This document shows positions 44,501-59,500 of a DNA stretch of 64,000 bases, piece by piece; position 1 is the stretch's first letter; every line of letters begins with the position of its first letter. The DNA is from Amoebophrya sp. A120 (lineage: Eukaryota; Protista; Dinoflagellata). A program made the translations under genes and the position numbers. The notes beneath the pieces were generated by a model. It was given only the letters and a program-made list of their open reading frames with translations. It ran no database searches and was not told the origin of the DNA. Location: NCBI GenBank assembly GCA_905178155.1, contig CAJINV010000003.1:10237979-10301978 (forward strand), read 5' to 3'.

Positions 44501-47500
44501 AGCGTGCGTATGTATCTAGAATGGGCGTGCGCTCCGCGCCCGCCGGCCCGGCGACGGGGGGGGCAAGGGGGGGCGAGGGAGAAAGAACCTTTAGGGGAAA
44601 ACCCATGGCCCAAACCTCACTGGTCATGCCCAAACTATGCTGACACCACAGGCGGAAAGCAATGACAACACACACAGGGGAGCAGACGCCGCACTCCCTG
44701 ATCGTGAGCGAAGCAAGGGCACGCACAGACATCAAGGCCGCAAGGCGCGAAGTGCCGCAGCCACTGCCTGGGCCTCCACAAACAAAGCGGCCGGAAGGCG
44801 TTCGCAGAACCTTTGCGAAGGCCCGGAAGGCTCACCACAGGAAACAGAGGCGGGCCACAGGAAACAGGGCCAAAACGGGGCACGAAAGGCCAAAAGACCA
44901 GAAACGGGGCTGGCGCAAGGCAAGACAAATAAGAGCACAGGAAGGCGGCGGAAAGGCAGGCGGGGCACTGCGGGCGATATGCTCTAAAAGTAAAAGCCAG
45001 AAAGCTGATGCTGACAAGAAGAGCAAGTGGGCCAAGACTCGCTTCAACCAGACGAAAGCCCTGAAAACGAAACCACTGCGCCGAAGCAGGGCACGGAGGC
45101 GAGGCGCAAACCAAAAAGCCCGGCGACCCAAAGGAAACGGGGCATCGCACGCAGCCCCATTGGGGCCGAAGGGGCCCCGCGGCGACGAGCACGCGAGAGA
45201 GGCAAGCCTGCAGAGTCACAGGCGGAAGGGAAAGGCGAAAACTGGCGCCAAATACCTCGCAACAGGGGGCGAAGGGCAAGGGGCGCCAGAATGCAGCACG
45301 ACTCCGGCCCGGGGCAGCCAATCGCGAACCGCAACAAGGCACCTAAGCCAAGGCCAAGGGCACAGACCAGGACCGGCAGGCCCGAAGGCCACCCGGGGGC
45401 CCGGCAGCGCTTTACTGACTGGAAGTGGCCCCGCCGCGGAGGCGGAGCTGCCTGCGCCAGTTTTCTACTAGTGCTTCCACTAGTGAAGGGCGCCACTAGC
45501 GGGGAGCGTCACTAGTAGCCGCAAACCCGTTGTGGCGATCATAAAACCACTACCAGGATTTCTCCTTGTGGCCCCTTTTCCACTAGCAGCTTTCCACTAG
45601 CAGGATCTCTACTAGTAGCGCTCACCCCCTCGTCCGCCCTGATTCTTTTATTTAGTATATCTATATAGGTAAAGGTAATTGTGAGATGACAAACTTCCTA
45701 TAACTAGCGCTTTTTTTGACACGGCCAAGCATTTAATATATAAGAAAGTTGCCAACTCCTGCTCGTCGAGGGGGAGGGCACTCGGCAATTTGATACTTCG
45801 TTTCGTGCATCCAGCGACCTCATCTGAAAATTATGGAAGGGGAGGGAGTGATGTTACAGAATGGCGCCAGCCCTCAACAACGATTCTGTTGCGATTCGCC
45901 ACACGGACGATTTGCAATTGCATAAACTTTTAACTTTTATATGTCTTTTTGTCATGTTCATAATACTCGGCGAAAAAGAGAAACGTAAAGCGAGATTTTT
46001 CATGGGGCTCGCGGCAGCTCGTACAGCCAATCGCTTTCCCTCTACAAAGATTAATGTTTTCGTGCAGATCTGTAGTCTGTGTTTTGTCCGAAGCAGTTTC
46101 CTCAAGAGCAACAAATCCGTCGCCTCCGCTGGTCCGGCTGCTGCAGGGACCATTTCTATCGACTCTTTCGCTGCTCTTCCAGCAGCCGACGATCATTTTT
46201 TGGTCCCACCTGCCGCCGTACTGTCGTTGCTGTCGCTCCTCCGCCACCACCTGGGCCGAACGACCGCGGAGGTGGATCTTAGGATGAACAAGTGCACGAG
46301 CACGACCAAGAGCAACAACTCTTGCACGATGGTGACGCGCGTAAAGGAACACTTGTCCCAGTTTACGCGCGAGGTGCTGTGGCGGCTGTTTCTGACGTTA
46401 AAGGAGTACTTTTTGTTTCTCAGGTTCCGGGAAAAGATGTCGTTGGCGGCGGACCCACGCCAGTAACAAATGCACATATGTCTGGATCTAGATGTGAAAG
46501 AGTGCAACTTGTGACGGGAAACGCTGCCTTTGAACTCTATGTTGAAAATCTGCAAGTATTGCAAGAGCAGCGAGAGATGTCAAGTTCAAGTTTTTGCTAC
46601 ACGGAGGAGGCATTCCCCATGTGGTTTAGGCAGCAGGGTCAGGAAGTCCACACAAAATCTGTGATCCCAGGGCACGCACTACAGATCTTGTTATGGCTCG
46701 TGTAAAATGTGCTGCGTTCCGGCTACTCTGGATCGCGATCGATGGAGACAGGGCGGGACCTGCACCGGCGACAGGCACTAGCCAACCTCCAGCCAACCAA
46801 TCAATGAGCCAAGATTTGCATTTTTTCGGACATCACCCAGACATGTTTGCATGTGGTAGCCATTGGGCGGACGCCATTGGCGCGACGATGGTGGGACGGG
46901 AGAGCTTTCTCCCCAATCACCACCTTAATTTGGACAGTCCCTTTCGCCAGTTCACCACCCCGGCGGAATCTGCCTTGTCTCTTCAGCCGGAATCCTTTCT
47001 GCCCCGAATGCTGTCCAATCCGAAACTGCTGTTGCACCGCGCGCTACGCATGAATGACTACAAATTAGCCGAAAAAATTCACACCGATTACTACCACAGC
47101 GATCAACACTTGGACGACTTGCTCTACCCCGTCGTGATGGGGCATGCGACAATTTCTTGCAATTCGCGATACGAGCAGGAGGAAAACTATTTTAGGACGA
47201 GCAAGAAGAACTTATTGTCGAGCACCCACGGAGCCGAAGGCGGTGGTGGAACGCGACTACCCCTACGACCACGAAAAACTGCCGGCACGACAACATCCTC
47301 GATGGCGCGGAAAGGTGATCGGGGAGTTGTTGTGGTGGCCAAGAAATTTGCGAATTTCCGTCGGCGCATGATGCGGCAGAAGTCTCCGCCCGAGACCGTC
47401 GAAGCCGAGGTGATGCGGCTGTGCGCACAGTATTTTCTCGGGGAAGAGGCGCTGCGTGCGTCGTTCTATATCTTAGTAGATCTGGCGGTTTCGGCTGCAC

Positions 47501-50500
47501 CCCATACCGGGGTTTCGACGCGCCTGCTGAAAAAGGCGTTACAAATTTTGGAGAGCCTCGTCTTCGAGGAACTGGAACAGGAGCAAGGGCAGAAAGACCT
47601 GAAGAATAGGACCCCTAACACCGCTATCAACGTGACGAGAGCTGCAACTCAATATTCCGGAAATTCCTCGCGCTCTCCCGCTTCCTCCGCACAGGCTGCG
47701 AACCCGAACGCCGGTTCCGGAGAACAGCTGCAAAATTGGGTGGCGCGATTGAACGTGCTCGTGGAAGCGCGAACCCAGTACAAGACCCTGGCGAACATTT
47801 TGCTGGGGATCGAAACTTTACCTTCCGAGCCGGCGTTGCTGAAAAGTCACTTGAACCGCTTGCATTCGCAAAGGCACGCCATCATGAGTTTGGTGGAATC
47901 GGTCGAATTGGTAAAGCTTGGAGAGGAAGTGCTGCATTCTTTGTCGGCCAGCAAGTATCTGCTACGGTTTCTGGAATACCTGGCCAAGGTGACGGATCTC
48001 ATGCGGTCAACCGAAAATTATCAGGGCGAATTGAAGGTCTTTGATGTTTTAGCGGAATCGCCCGAGGGCATCGTGGCACGGCTCCTCTTCGACCTCGGCG
48101 GCGCGGAACAGGCCCAGGCGTTGGCCAAAGTTATGGGAGTCGATCTTGTGGAGGTCATCCTGCACTACGCCTATAGTACAGAAAGTTTGGCACCGGCCGC
48201 TGCTTTCAAGGCGAACGTCCTCGCGACAATGCGGAGTGGTGTCATCGATGCAGTAGGTGCTGGCTCTTTGTCTGCGCCGCGCGCTGCGGGTCACGCCGAT
48301 GCTAGTAGTCGTCCTCCTGTTACTGTACCGGGAAGAGTAGAACGAGTCGGACTCGGAGTGAAAATAACAACCACGGGAACTAAAAATGGAAATGCTGTGA
48401 CAAGTAAGACAGGAGCTACAGTAGATCATACCGGGTCCCAAGAACAGCAAGCCGAGGATACGGACTCCTTTCGAGAAAACGGCAGTGTGATGTTGAAGCA
48501 CCAAGGACAAGGAACCGGGAGCGTGGAGCCGGGGTGTGCGAGCAATCGCGAGGCCTATCAATAGAAAAAAGCTACGACGCATGATCATATTTCTGAAGGC
48601 AAGATAAGGAATTGCACAGATGACAGATGAAGAAAGATCTGTCGTCGGCGGGCCCCTAGCACACTGTGTCGAATAGCACTACAGACTTTCCTCTCGCTAT
48701 GTGAGTGATTTTATTCTTGCATCACCATTAGTACCTGAAGTGAGAGCCCTCATGCTCATGCAATGAATAAAAAAGAATAGTAGATGTAGAAGTACATCTA
48801 CTACATCGCGACCGCATGGAAAGAGTAGTTGAAGTATTTGTATCTCGCGCCGCCGTCGAGTGGGCTTAAGCTTCACGCCGCGAAATTTTCTACATACCTA
48901 CGGAACAACCGGACACAAGGAAGGTGGCCATGACTGTAAGACGGAAGAGCGCACTTGGCCCTCAACCCCAGCAATAGCGCGCGCGCGTGGATGTGTATTA
49001 AGTAGGAAATGGACAAACTAGTACCAGACAACGGCCCGCAGCGTTTTTCAAAGCGGAGCGCTGCGGCTTGTCACGAGAAGGATGAAACTGAATCTAGATG
49101 GCTCCGCGCGGGCAGGAAGCTGACCGCTTACATCAATAGGCGAGGCCAACTTTGAGGCAGTCCGTTTTTCGTGTGTAAGGCCGACGCGCATGAAGCCGGC
49201 CAGTATCTGTGCCACCATGCACGACAGGCCGGCACACCAGGACCAAGCTGCCTCGCGATGCATTGACGCTGCCAACGCGGGAAAAAAAGCGCCGCTCGAG
49301 CTTGGTATAGTAGTAGATTGTTTGAAGGATCTAGCACGGACGGTCGCGGGTAGTGCATGACTACCGCGCCAGCTTTTTGCTGTTTGATAAGCCCTACGCC
49401 ATGTCTATGAACGTGGTGCGTGTGGTGGAGAAAGCAGCTGGCCCGCTTCTGGCTTGCCTTGCATGTCTCGAGCGCCGACCGGAACAGTGGCCGTCGACCG
49501 CATTTTTGAGCTACGCACGCGGCGCGTGCAGCGAGTTTCCAGCGATGCAACGATGGGTGTACGAACGCTGTGAGGTCTGGGACGCACTGTACTGGGCCGC
49601 TTCGCGCGAACGAGTACCGTTTTCTGCCGTGGCGCAGCAGCGGATACAGGTCACTGATGCCAACCACGGATGTACTAAGGAGTTGAGCGATTTTTCCCCG
49701 CTTTCAGGCGACAAAGATTTTTCATACTCGGCATCGTCCGCGAAAACGTTCACGACATCGCCTGTGAGACCCGTCGACGGAGCGGCGCGCGAATGGGCAG
49801 TGCACCACTACAAGGCACGAAGCGAAAAAAATACCGAGAACGAAACCGATGAGAGCAGCGAGCAGGTGTGCTGTACAAGTCTCACATTCGACGGTATTGT
49901 GGACGGGTATACGCGGAAAGGACTAGAGCGTCTGCCTGTGGCGGAGCAGCAGGCTCTGCTAGCGGTTGGCGACGACCGCGAGGATTTGCTCCGTGCCGCG
50001 TATACGCGCCTTGCTTGCTCATTAGTCGCACAGCAGCGGTATGAGGAAGCACTGCAAATCTGTGATCTGGTCGATGGTGTTCATGTGGTAGACCAGATAT
50101 TTATGCGATTACTACGGAATTTCGAATTGCCATCTTCCCCTTGGATACCATGCGCGGCGCAGCCACACGCCCACGCGGCCTTTTTGCAACAGGGAAAAGG
50201 GTCCGCGCACGAGTACCTTTATCGGCTACAAGATCCTGAGCTTGCGGCGAAGTTGGTGCTTCGGCTCTATCGGTATTGGGACAACCCTGACATCATCTTG
50301 CAGGCGCTTACGATGTGCCTGCGAAAGCTGGAGATCAGCAGCGAGCGCCGCCGCAGCGGGGTCTGGAGGAGCCAGCATGCGCCAGCTGAAGGAACCCCGA
50401 GGACTGGCGCTGTGCACCACCCGCAGCCACGGCGAGCACCAGTGGGAAGGTTTGCGAATAATACTACTACTAGTTATAGTGCTAAAGTAGGTGGCACCAC

Positions 50501-53500
50501 AATTACCAACACTGGGACTGGCGGAGATCTGCCGGACGCGGAGACGAGCACTATATCTGCTGCAGTGCACGGAAATAGTTCGGCAGCGAATGCAACCACA
50601 AGCAGAAAGGTAAAGAGCCCCCACATCCCCGACGAGAATATTGCTGCGCAGATGGTGGATGGAGATCGAGACACTCCGCAGTTGAAGGGGGGCGAACAGT
50701 TTCACGACACGGCTGTTGTGGAGGGAACCCTAATGGAGGAGCTGCAATTGGTGTTGGGAAACATGACCATTTTGAAGAAAGTTCTGGAGTGTTGCGGCGG
50801 GAAGTGGGCAAGCTGGCATGAGATCGACGATTTGTACAAGATGAAGTACGACCACGGAGATAAAGACCATCTAGCACCGGAGCCGCAGCAGCCGCATCAG
50901 CACTCGCACGCGGAAGTGCCGAAAATGGCAGAGTCATATTCCGTATTGATGCGGCCGCGGAGCACAAGTAGCCCGAGTCGTAGTTGTTCTCCCGTTGGCC
51001 ATGGGCCGCACACCTTCAAAAACAAGAGCCGAGAAATACTCGGCGCCGCGCTGGCCGCCGATCATGTGCTAGACAAGAGCACTACGATAGAGCTGCTCTC
51101 CCGGCGGGCGGGCGCAAACGAGAAGCAGGTTTTTGAAGACACGGTGCTTTCCCATCTATTGTCGCTGAACTTGCATGACCTGGCACGGCAAGTGCAGCAC
51201 ATGTACGAAATTGCGGCTCCCAACGTTTGCATGATCGAGGTAGAGCGGCTGGAGTACCTCTTCACTGAGGCCGAAGACAAGACGGAGGCGGTGACGCGCC
51301 TTCTTCATTTCCAGCCGCCGCAGGCCGTGCGGTTCGCCTTCGCGCTGCTGGACCGCTTCACACTGATCCGCCACCGCCTATTGTTTTGTCGGATGCTCCT
51401 TCAGCACCTTCGTTCCTGGCTTTCGGACGCCCAAATTGTGCGGCTGGAGATCCTCTGTGCGAGTTTGGAGCTGCTCAGCGTCGTAGAGCAGCCGGTATCC
51501 TCGACGACAAGCAGTCGAAGTCGCCAGCTTTCCAGTGCTGCAGCTAAAAGCACGGACTCTCATTCCCTCGGCGCCCCCGTCGAGTTCGAGAGTCTGGAGT
51601 TGCTGAAAATGCAGCCGCACTACTTGCGGCTGCTGGATCGTCCGGTACTCATTGTGGAGTCGTTGCTTATGAATTCGCGCACTGATCTCCTTCGCGAGTT
51701 CCTAGATAGTTTTCCGCAGTACCGAGTCGACTCCCTCATTCTCGGCTACGCGCGGAAGGCACTCAGCCTCAGCGCGTCGACTAGTAGTTGTCATTCCAGG
51801 ATGAACGCAGCACCAGAACAGCAAGGTTCGAAGAGAAAAGAAGCAGCGCAAGGACTAGATGATCATCGCGACAACCGCCCATTTGCGATGGAAACACGGG
51901 ATGAAAACAAGCGAAGCGAGAACCTCCGAGATTATCAGCAGTTTGAAGGAGTGCGGAAGCAATGGACAGCGGAAACGGGCTTGGGTGGACCTTGGTGTCT
52001 GACGGGCGACCCCGGTCTTGACGACGCGTTGCGTGCGTCTCACGTTTACGAACGAGCTCCGAGCATTGAGCTCGCGGAGAGCTTGCTTGATCTTCTGTCA
52101 GATGAAAGTCTAGAAAACGCTGGACTCTGCTTCCAGCTTTGCGACGAGCTGTCGCTACGGTGGCAGGCACTCATGCCGCATTACTGCCGCATGAGGGTAC
52201 AATGTTCATCTTCTCCATCGAAGAAAGGGAATGGCTACGAAATAATGCATTGGACTACAGCTGCTGACGAGAATTCTAATTCTTCTACTGTCTGTGGGGG
52301 TAGTGAACTCGACCCAGAAGAGGACTCGTGGTCCGAAGCGTCGGAGTTTCCGCCACCGGAGGAGTTGTCCGGAACGAGCTGTGAGGGAGAGCAGGACCAT
52401 CTTCTTCGAACCTCGGTCAATTCGCCGCCGACGGAAGTACTAGATGATGTGAGCAGTCGTGGTCCACGCAACGTCGGCCTGGTTTCGAAGGGGAGCAGAA
52501 GGCCGGTGGTTGATGGACATGGAGGAACTTTGATGACATTGCAGCCGCCCCGCCATCCGGGGACAGGCGGTGCCGAAACGGACGAGAGACGCACGGCCAA
52601 TGACCGACCACAGCCTGGAGTGAACAGTACTAGATCTGCAGCGCATAATCTGTCCTGTAGTACGTAGTGAGGTCACTGCACGGCTCTAACCTGGTAGCTT
52701 TCTTCCCATGAACCGCCAAAAACTGCCGGCATTTTCAGGCCCTAAAAATAAAGCGCATTTCAATTTGAATTTGAGCGGGGTAACAAATTCTGACGAGTTG
52801 TGGCCGTCCCACTATTCACCCGCCCGGCCGGGTGGGTGACTAGTGGGACGGAACCAGGAGCCTGACCAGCTGGCCGGATCTTGCTTGTCGCCGTATTCGT
52901 GGTCAGGATCCTGGTTCCGTCCCACGAAAAAGATAAAAATATCAGGAGCGCCATCTTGTTTCTTTGGCTTTGCCGTCAACGAGAAGTCGCGGCGTGAGAC
53001 TATGCTATCGCGCACCAACCGAAAGAAGGACGATGGCGAGCCAGCAAAGGCGGCATCCTTCTGACGCGCCCGCCATGTGAGATTCTAGCGATTTGGGGCG
53101 CCCAAAAGGGCACCCCCCCCCCCAGAAAAAGGGCCCAAAACCAGAACAGCCAAATCGCATGGCGCAGGCGGCGGCGATTTCGGAGCATTTGGGCGATCGT
53201 GAAAGCGGCCGCCGTTTCGCCAGTTTCTTCCTCTGGGAAGCTCTTGATCTTGAACTAGTGCAGCCGCGAAAAATGAATAAGTAAAACGCAAAAAAGAAAA
53301 AGCGCGCCAGACGCGCGAAGCCAGTCCGCATGTCTTGGGGCCGATTTTCCCACTTCTATACTCTTCGCTTTTTGGGTGCCCCCTGCGGCTCCCGGATCGG
53401 CCTCATAGCACGGAGGCTGGATTCGGAATCCATAGGACGGAGGCTGGATTGGATCGATTTTTCGAAAATTGGCAAAGCTTCTTTCTGGAATTTCCACAAA

Positions 53501-56500
53501 GAACAAGCTTTGCCAATTTTCTAAAAATCTGCGACGCTTTTGAAGTTACCGCGGTGTCGTGTAGCGTAACGCTGCCCACGAAGGCACACAAGCCTGCACA
53601 CCAGAGCAGGCGTGCGGCTGGCCCGCGGCCGCCAGGGCGGAGGGAGGCAAGAAAGCGCCACCGACCTCACTACCTCCGCCACGGCGGCTATGTTTGGCAC
53701 TAGTACAACTACGGAGGCCGCTCTGGCTTCAGTCTCGATCGTCAGCCTGCTACTGAGGCGGCTGCTGGACTACTTGGGAAAGAAATTTCGGGCGCACGCC
53801 AAATTCGTGTCGATGGTGACGCGTTGCCGTCACAGTTTATTATCCTTTTTACCAAAGTTCTGGCAGAGGCAGAGCTGCAGTTCGATCCAGACCACCATTG
53901 GGCTAAAGGCCTTGTGTGAGAAGCCGGATCAAATCCGGGACCAGCTGATTCGGGACGACCAGCTGGACCTGGCTCTTGAGCTCTGTGAGCGCTGCAATTT
54001 CGCAGCGACGTCCATCGTTACCGAACAACAACGTGAAGGGGAACAAGTGGCGTCTTTGGGGGAACTAAAGCTTGATCAGCATTCACCGGGGACGATTGTC
54101 CGCTACGGCGCCCTGCAGGCAACGACCGCAGCCGGCGAGGGAGCGGCAGATGTGCCGGGGGCGGAACAGCAGCAGCTTAGTGCTTCGGCAATATCCGAGG
54201 CCGCGGCATGTGGTAAGGTTTTGACGCGTTCACGTTCACCAGCTGGCGGTGGCGCTACCTTGTTACATGCTGGACCCCGAGAGTATGGCGTTCTCAAATG
54301 TTATACATTCTCAACTGTTACATGATTTGTCATGCAAAATTGACTGTTGATTTGTCATACATTCTCAACTTTCCAAAAGAGCGGGGGTTGAGTTGACTGC
54401 AGGGGCACAACTGCAGCCGCAGTGCTTTTATAGAGTAATCTTCTCGGAGAACTGCTTGGCGTTGCTTGATCCGTTCAGCATGAGCACTAAGCTGCTACGG
54501 AGTGCGTGCCAGTCCAGTATCTTGACAGATATGGCCTTCCTTGGCTTCTCCCCGGGGCAGTCTACCCGGTTAAGGTTTTGGGATCCGGCGAGCAAGGGGG
54601 GAGGCACGGCGACAGGGAAGACCTGAAGGAGCAAGCTCGGGCTGGCGTTGCTCTTGTGCAGGCCCTAGCCGACGGGGCGGCTAAAAGAATATCGCATCGA
54701 AGCGATCTTAGAGCTGTGGGCTTTGTCAGGGGTCGCACTTTGGGGCGGGGCAGGATGCCAGTGGGATTGCCCGTCTATGAGGTCCGGGCGTCCTCGGATT
54801 TATTATAGGCGACGTTTTGCGTTGAGAGAAACACGGGGAAAGTGTTCGCACAATGCAAAACGAAGATGGAACGCCTGAGGGTAGAAGTTCGCCGACAAGA
54901 GCGGAGATTTCTGGCTTATGTTAGAAGCGCGCTCACGCTGCTGCAACTTGTCACGCAACACAGCCACGGGGTTCGGAGAGTAGATGCCGAGCTCTCTGAC
55001 TTCAAGAGGCTACAGGCGAATGCCCGTGGTCCACTCAGGCAGGGTCGCGGCATAGTGCTAAGCCTGGTAGAAGCACTAGAAGGGGCGCAGGCCCTGGGAT
55101 ACGAAGTTCGCAGAGAAGTACTTCCGAACCACCAGCAGGATTCATTTCCTGCCAGTTGATTTATCACTCCCGACGCACACGGTTCCGCTGCGGATAGTCA
55201 ATGTAGCACAGCGTGACAGCCGCTACACAGCGTGGCCCTCAGGCGTCCGGGCCCGGGCCATCTCAGCCAGTAAAATTTTGGCAATATTCCGGCAATTTTT
55301 TAAAGCGTGCAGGGGTATCGCCAGTCGTCCGGCCATACGTAGGCCGGGTCCTTCGGCCGTGCCGGTTTTGCCTCCCGGCCGGTGTCTTTCGTAGTTTCTG
55401 CCCGTGCTGGTGGGCGCCTTGGCCTTGGCCAGTTGTTTTCGGGTTGTTCGATGTTGGGCTTCATATCCTTCGGGATTTGGTGGCGTGAGATGTGATGTGC
55501 CGGCTGTTAGGGTTTTGCGCTTTGTGATTGAGGATTCTCTCAAGCCCAGACGCGCAAGCTCTGCATTGGTGTCGTCTCGTCGTGTTATTCTGTCGGACCT
55601 TTCCTGAGAGGCCCGACAGAAAGAATTGCATGGCGAGATGATTCGTCGTCATATTCGTTTTACTCAACACAGCTCATGATTGGCGTGAATTGCAGTAGGA
55701 GTTGCAACGCATGCTGCAATTCATGCTGCAATTTATGCTGCAATTAGTGTCCCGACCATTTTTGAAAAGCTGCAATTGACGCTGCAATTGGCCGTGCAAT
55801 TTTCGTGCAATTTCAGGTCCGGGTTCGAAAACAAAGCAAATGGCTTGGTTTTCGTACCCCCCCTGAAATTGCAGCTTTTTTGCACACCCAATTGCAGCAT
55901 CAATTGCAGCTTTTCGAAAGTGGTTCGGGACGGTAATTGCGCACTTTTTGCACACTGAATTGCACACTTTTTGCACACTTTTTGCACACTCTCGGGGAAT
56001 ATTCTCAAAAGCTGGGGGGCGAAATGCATGGCGCATGTGGCGCGCCCACACCTGCTTCCTGAGCTTTCAAAGTGTGCAGCCCATAGGTGGGTGGGGAAGT
56101 GCGCACAGGGTGGTGATGTCGCGCAGCCCCCGACCACCCCCCGCCGGTCTTGCTTCCGGGGTTGTCTGCAAAGAAGCCTCCACCCGAGGCGCAAGGTAGG
56201 CCCGGGCGCAAGGCGGTGCGACGAGGACCGGGCCTACAGTTTCCTGGTTGTTTCACCGAGGGGGGGCGACCCAGCTTTGCGTCGGGGTTTCGTCACGGGC
56301 GGCCCGGAGGCCGATTTTCATTTCTCCTTGCCTCATTGCCATCTTCTGCTTTTTACGCCTTCCACCCTCACTTTCATTTTTCAAAATTGCCGAAAAATTG
56401 CCGGGGAATTAGCGCGTTAGGTGGCCCGGGTCCGGACGCCTGATGGCCCGCCCATGAGTTCGGCGCGGACACTTATAAGCTCCCCCCGGTCCGTGATTGG

Positions 56501-59500
56501 CCGAAGATGAACCGCACGAGGCGCGCGCTGTATCTGGATGAGTGCCTAGGGTTGTCGAAAGGGCAGGAAGCAAAGCAGGACGAAGGAAGTGCTGAAGTAC
56601 TGGGCGCCCCCTCGCGAGATGAGGGCAAAGGGGGGGAAGTCGCGGACCATGCAGGTTCGGACAGGCAAGGCGCGGGCTCGGGTGTGGACAGCCAGACAGA
56701 CCCGAAGGTGGGTCGCGGGTCCGCAGTTGCCGACCCATTGCGCAAGTTCCACATGGGGGCCGACTGCCTCGCGTTATCCCGAGTCATCGGTAAGGATTTG
56801 GTGAAATTAAACAGACACGACGCTGCAGCCCAAGCGTCGTTTGGGCGGACCTGTAGAGGGGGTGATGCTGCGGGCGCTCCCCAGATAGAGCATGTGGCTT
56901 CCTCGTCCTCGTCTATAGCGCACAAGAGGCGCGACCAACTTACGAGAAGGAAGCGCGCAAGATTTCAGGTGAGGGGCCCAACGGGCACAAGGGACAGCTC
57001 GAACGAGTTGGCATGGGGGGGCTTTAGCGCAAGTGCCGACGGAGACCAGGAGAGGGGGGGAAGCACTAGCAGCGAAGCTCAGGCGTTGTCTCCGGATCAA
57101 ATTGCCCAGCACCCAAGCCGAAAGAAGCGTCTGGAGGGGTGTCACCCGCCTCGGCGGCCCCCTGATGGTCAGGGGCGGAGGGCTGATGCATCAGTGAGCG
57201 GGGGCGTCACTGCATTAGGGGGCGAAGGGCAGGCAGTTAGCGCCCAGCACGTTGATCCCTGCAGCGAGCAGGGAAGCCATGAGCGGGACACCCAGCGGGG
57301 AGTCGCTAAAGCGGCGCCTCCTCTCGCAAAGGAGTCCGGCACGGGGCAGCTGCCAGCGCAACCGAAAGGGCAAAAGAACATGGGGGAGGTGGCTATGGTC
57401 GAGCAGAAGCGCGACTGACTCTGTAGAATCGGCAAACAAGCAGGCTAAACCTTTTGGCGAGCTCTCCGGGGTAGAGATGGGAAAGTTCCAGAGACTACTG
57501 GATGTTGTCCATCTGATGGGGCCAGCCCGCGGCGGGGATCATCAAGAAACGAGGGGGGATAGGCTGGAGTGCGAACAGCTTCCACCCAGGAGCCGGGGCG
57601 AGATGTTGCGAAGAGTTACAGGCAGGAAGAGGGAGGGTTTCGAGTAGAGTACATATTCGGCGTCTAGCTGCGTCAGTGCCTGCGCTAGGCAGGAGCAACA
57701 TTTTGAACCACTGAAATCCTACACACTCAGACAGCAAGCCACGTCGAAACGCTCGGACTTTTCTTTTCTTCGTGAGCAGTCACGTCAAAACGCTCAGACT
57801 TTTCGTCTCGTCATGAACAGACCGGAACGGAAGAACGAAAAACAAAAGCAGAAGGGTAACACTAGCGGGCACTCCAGCCCCAGCTCGTTGCTACCTAAGT
57901 AGTCGGGTTTGGCAGGCTCAGTCGCGAGACCTTGCGTGCCTTCGGCGGATGATTCAGTGCCAGCTGGTCTTCGCGTGTTCTGCAACAAAAGCAAAGTGGT
58001 CGGTACGAGATGGAGCAACGAATCGCGCGGGGTCAGTGGGTATGAAGGGGATTGCCGGCCACCCTTAATGTAGGCCCTAAAAAATCCATCTCTACGCCCA
58101 TCTTTTCAAAATTTGCCCTATCGGTTTGCCGCCATTTTGTTGCATTCCAATACAGAAAGCCTCTCGAGCAGCTCGACCGCCGATCCTGGCTGGCCATATT
58201 GCCTGACAGATTTTCCGGGTCTTGTTTTTCTTTTTGCAGCTTGGTGGAGGATTGTGGTAGGAGTTGCGAGGCCAACTAGTCATGCACATCTCCGCGACAT
58301 GCAGAAACAAGAACAAAACCGGGAGAATGCATTCACTCGGCCGAGAAAGAAGCTGAAAAGATTCAGCCACGCAGAGTGCTCATCTTTTCAACTTTGCAAG
58401 CTATCAAATTTTGAAAAGATGCTCTTTCTGCATCTTTTCAAATTTTGATAAGTGGCTGCTCACTTTCCAAATTTTGAAAAGATGCTGAAGGAAACATCTT
58501 TTCAAAATTTGACAACCCGAACAACGGAAATATCAAATTTTGAAAAGATGCTCTTTCTGCATCTTTTCAAATTTTGATAAGTGGCTGCTCACTTTCCGAA
58601 TTTTGAAAAGATGCTGAAGGAAACATCTTTTCAAATTTTGATAAGTGGCTGCTCACTTTCCGAATTTTGAAAAGATGCTGAAGGAAACATCTTTTCAAAA
58701 TTCGACAACCCGAAAAACGCAAATATCAAATTTTGAAAAGATGCTCTTTCTGCATCTTTTCAAATTTTGATACGTGGCTGCTCACTTTCCAAATTTTGAC
58801 AAGATGCTGAAGGAGACATCTTTTCAAAATTTGACAACCCGAACAACGCTAATATCAAATTTTGAAAAGATGCTGCTTCTGCATCTTTTCAAATTTTGAT
58901 AGGTGGCTGCTCACTCTCCAAATTTTGAAAAGATGCTGAAGGAGACATCTTTTCAAAATTCGACAACCCGAACAACGCAAATATCAAATTTTGAAAGGAT
59001 GCTCTTTCTGCATCTTTTCAAATTTTGATACGTGGCTGCTCACTTTCCAAATTTTGAAAAGATGCTGAAGGAGACATCTTTTCAAAATTTGACAACTCGA
59101 ACAACGCAAATATCAAATTTTGAAAAGATGCTTTTTCTGCATCTTTTCAAATTTTGATGAGTGGCTTCTCACTTTCCAAATTTTGAAAAGATGCTGAAGG
59201 AAACATCTTTTCAAAATTTGACAACCCGAACAACGCAAATATCAAATTTTGAAAAGATGCTCTTTCTGCATCTTTTCAAATTTTGATAGGTGGCTGCTCA
59301 CTCTCCAAATTTTGAAAAGATGTTGAAGGAGACATCTTTTCAAAATTTGACAACCCGAACAACGCAAGTATCAAATTTTGAAAAGATGCTCTTTCGGCAT
59401 CTTTTCAAATTTTGATAGGTGGCTGCACACTTTCCAAATTTTGAAAAGATGTTGAAGGAGACATCTTTTCAAAATTTGACAACCCGAACGGCGCAAATAT

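Noticed and set aside
52660-53563. Alternative ZFYVE26 intron using the TGTAG direct repeat
   Set aside because: It leads into a frame that stops at 53703. The GCAG repeat gives an in-frame join.
55015-55140. Cytosine methyltransferase motif (LGYEVRREVL) in the LINE-like element
   Set aside because: No PCQ, ENV or PQxRxR motifs. The resemblance is too short.
56507-57418. 303-aa ORF as an independent gene
   Set aside because: It lies inside the TSD-bounded LINE-like insert, has no recognisable domain, and is more likely TE remnant.
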